Origin: Raphidiopsis brookii D9
Lineage (GTDB): Bacteria; Cyanobacteriota; Cyanobacteriia; Cyanobacteriales; Nostocaceae
Assembly: GCA_000175855.1 (NCBI GenBank)
Contig: ACYB01000005.1
Location: 30,001-62,000, forward strand
DNA length: 32,000 nt
Reading direction: 5' to 3'
Both the position numbers and the translations under genes were made by a program. Positions 30,834-32,000 of this stretch are shown here, piece by piece (position 1 is the stretch's first letter; each line of letters starts with the position of its first letter). The notes under the pieces are model-generated. The model did no database searches, was not told the DNA's origin, and saw nothing but the letters and a program-made list of their open reading frames with translations.

Positions 30834-30916
30834 CTCGCGTAGCGAGTGCTTAACAAACGCGGATGGTGAGTACTTCGCGATCGCCCAGTAGGTGTTGCTA
30901 CGAAGTTTGTTAAAGC
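30834..30916. repeat. Nested inverted repeats in a non-coding region
   Basis: CTCGC-GTA-GCGAG at 30834-30846. GCTTAACAAAC at 30848-30858 pairs with GTTTGTTAAAGC at 30905-30916 (one bulge). A HIP1 octamer sits between them at 30877-30884. Confidence 0.6.
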
Positions 30917-31030
30917 AAATTGTTATTCGCCTAACCCAAAAATATTTTGGTGCCAGGTATCAGAAATGCCTGGAATGGCAAGGTTTGGTGGAAATCTGGT
31001 AGTTTGCAAATGTTTACAGATGCTGGGAAT

Positions 31031-32000
31031 CTATTGTGTGTTACACTCTGCATGTCTGGATAGGACAGCTGCATGTGTCTCGGGGAGGGAAGCTCTCACG
31101 CACCAACGACGCACCCACCCTAAAAATCCATCTCCAAAAACTAACCCAAACACCCACAACACTAACAAAAATGGCCACAGCAATGGCCACAGCACATAGA
31201 CCACAGCAACCAGCAGCAAACCAAACCCCCACCACTCATTCCAAACCCTCTCTGGAGACGTATAGAAGATATCAGTGAATATAGCTTTTGGTAGGTGACC
31301 TGATGGTACTGTTTGTGAAAAGTTTAAGTCTTCATAAGAGAGCCATTTTCCTGTACTCCTCCATCCGATACGGTCTCCTAATGATTTATATATGTTTCTA
31401 CTAAGCCCCTTTGTGGAATTCAGGCTTTGGTATATCTGGTACTGAATGGATATACCAAATTTACCTTGACTGTATTTTAACCACAGTTCGTCGATGGTCT
31501 GCAATCCTTTGCAAGGAAAATTTTCTACATCTTCTTTTCTTAGGTAACCTTCTTTTTCTCGGTTTGCTACCTTTAACATGATTTTTCCGGTTTCTATATC
31601 TGCTTGCCTAAACTTTTTGGATTTTAATAGTCTATCTAGTCTTGAGAATAGAGGTCTATAACGAGATGATTTAGCTAATTTAGTATCTTTTGAAAGCAGT
31701 AAGTTATAAACAGCATCTTTAACCTCCCAGGAATCATCTTTTTCTAAGATTTTCAGTAATAAATCAGTTAAGTTATGGTTAAGTTTGATAGCTTTTGTGT
31801 AATCGTCAATGGCACCCTGCTTATCTCCTAACTCGCTGCGTGTATTCCCACGGTTATAGTAAGATTCGGCATCATTAGGATTAATTTTGATGTCTTGATT
31901 ATATTTATCTAATTCTCTATACTTTCTCAATATTTCTAGGTATTTATCTCTGTGGTTTTTAAATATGGAACTAATCCAATTTTTTGATTCTTTAATAGGT
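31031..32000 (-). CDS. TPR plus GUN4-domain protein with hydrophobic C-terminal tail (5' end outside window)
   Basis: TPR NPNDAESYYNRGNTRSELGDKQGAIDDYTKAIKLN; GUN4 domain ADIETGKIMLKVANREKEGYLRKEDVENFPCKGLQTIDELWLKYSQGKFGISIQYQIYQS...SLGDRIGWRSTGKWLSYEDLNFSQTVPSGHLPKA. Frame is open upstream of 31930 to the window edge (...ESKNWISSIFKNHRDKYLEI). Confidence 0.85.
   Translation of the reverse strand, partial: PIKESKNWISSIFKNHRDKYLEILRKYRELDKYNQDIKINPNDAESYYNRGNTRSELGDKQGAIDDYTKAIKLNHNLTDLLLKILEKDDSWEVKDAVYNLLLSKDTKLAKSSRYRPLFSRLDRLLKSKKFRQADIETGKIMLKVANREKEGYLRKEDVENFPCKGLQTIDELWLKYSQGKFGISIQYQIYQSLNSTKGLSRNIYKSLGDRIGWRSTGKWLSYEDLNFSQTVPSGHLPKAIFTDIFYTSPERVWNEWWGFGLLLVAVVYVLWPLLWPFLLVLWVFGLVFGDGFLGWVRRWCVRASLPETHAAVLSRHAECNTQ

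Noticed and set aside
31050-31080. LPETH near the C-terminus of the GUN4-tail frame, resembling a sortase LPXTG signal
   Set aside because: It is LPETH, not LPXTG, follows rather than precedes the hydrophobic segment, and a Gram-positive style sortase system is not expected in this background.
30966-31278. Plus-strand ORFs rich in T, H, N and P (30966-31199, 31036-31278)
   Set aside because: Both overlap the antisense of the GUN4-gene tail or its stop region and have low-complexity composition with no recognisable domain. The minus-strand reading is more coherent.
1-32000. CRISPR arrays, tRNA/rRNA genes, transposases or toxin-antitoxin pairs
   Set aside because: Reading intergenic regions and ORFs showed no regularly spaced repeats, no cloverleaf-like segment I could support, and no transposase or toxin motifs. 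tRNAscan or Infernal was not available to exclude small RNAs.

Overview
This window looks like the chromosome of a filamentous (Nostocales-type) cyanobacterium. That is inferred from gene content (hps-type pseudopilin genes, GUN4 and COP23 domains, glgC) and from 9 copies of the HIP1 octamer GCGATCGC found by eye. The left two-thirds is mostly housekeeping or conserved genes: ald (3' end), hisS, a GAF/SpoIIE-type PP2C phosphatase, ftsY, nusB, a DUF502 protein, an HpsJ-like protein, hpsA/B/C-like genes, a U32 peptidase, a GH13 amylase, glgC and a DnaJ-family chaperone. The most interesting part is 23.2-30.6 kb. It holds five tandem secreted COP23-domain paralogs, a parallel beta-helix protein, and two secreted trypsin-like proteases, the second fused to TPRs. 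At least three paralogs share a 65-nt identical tract. A TPR-GUN4 protein with a hydrophobic C-terminal tail lies partly inside the right edge. Three genes (hpsA, the fourth COP23 gene, the protease-TPR gene) each carry one apparent 1-nt frameshift in or beside a homopolymer. These could be real lesions, slippage sites or assembly indels. I found no CRISPR array, rRNA, tRNA or intact transposase. I cannot claim a proven new system; the COP23/protease/beta-helix cluster is the best candidate.
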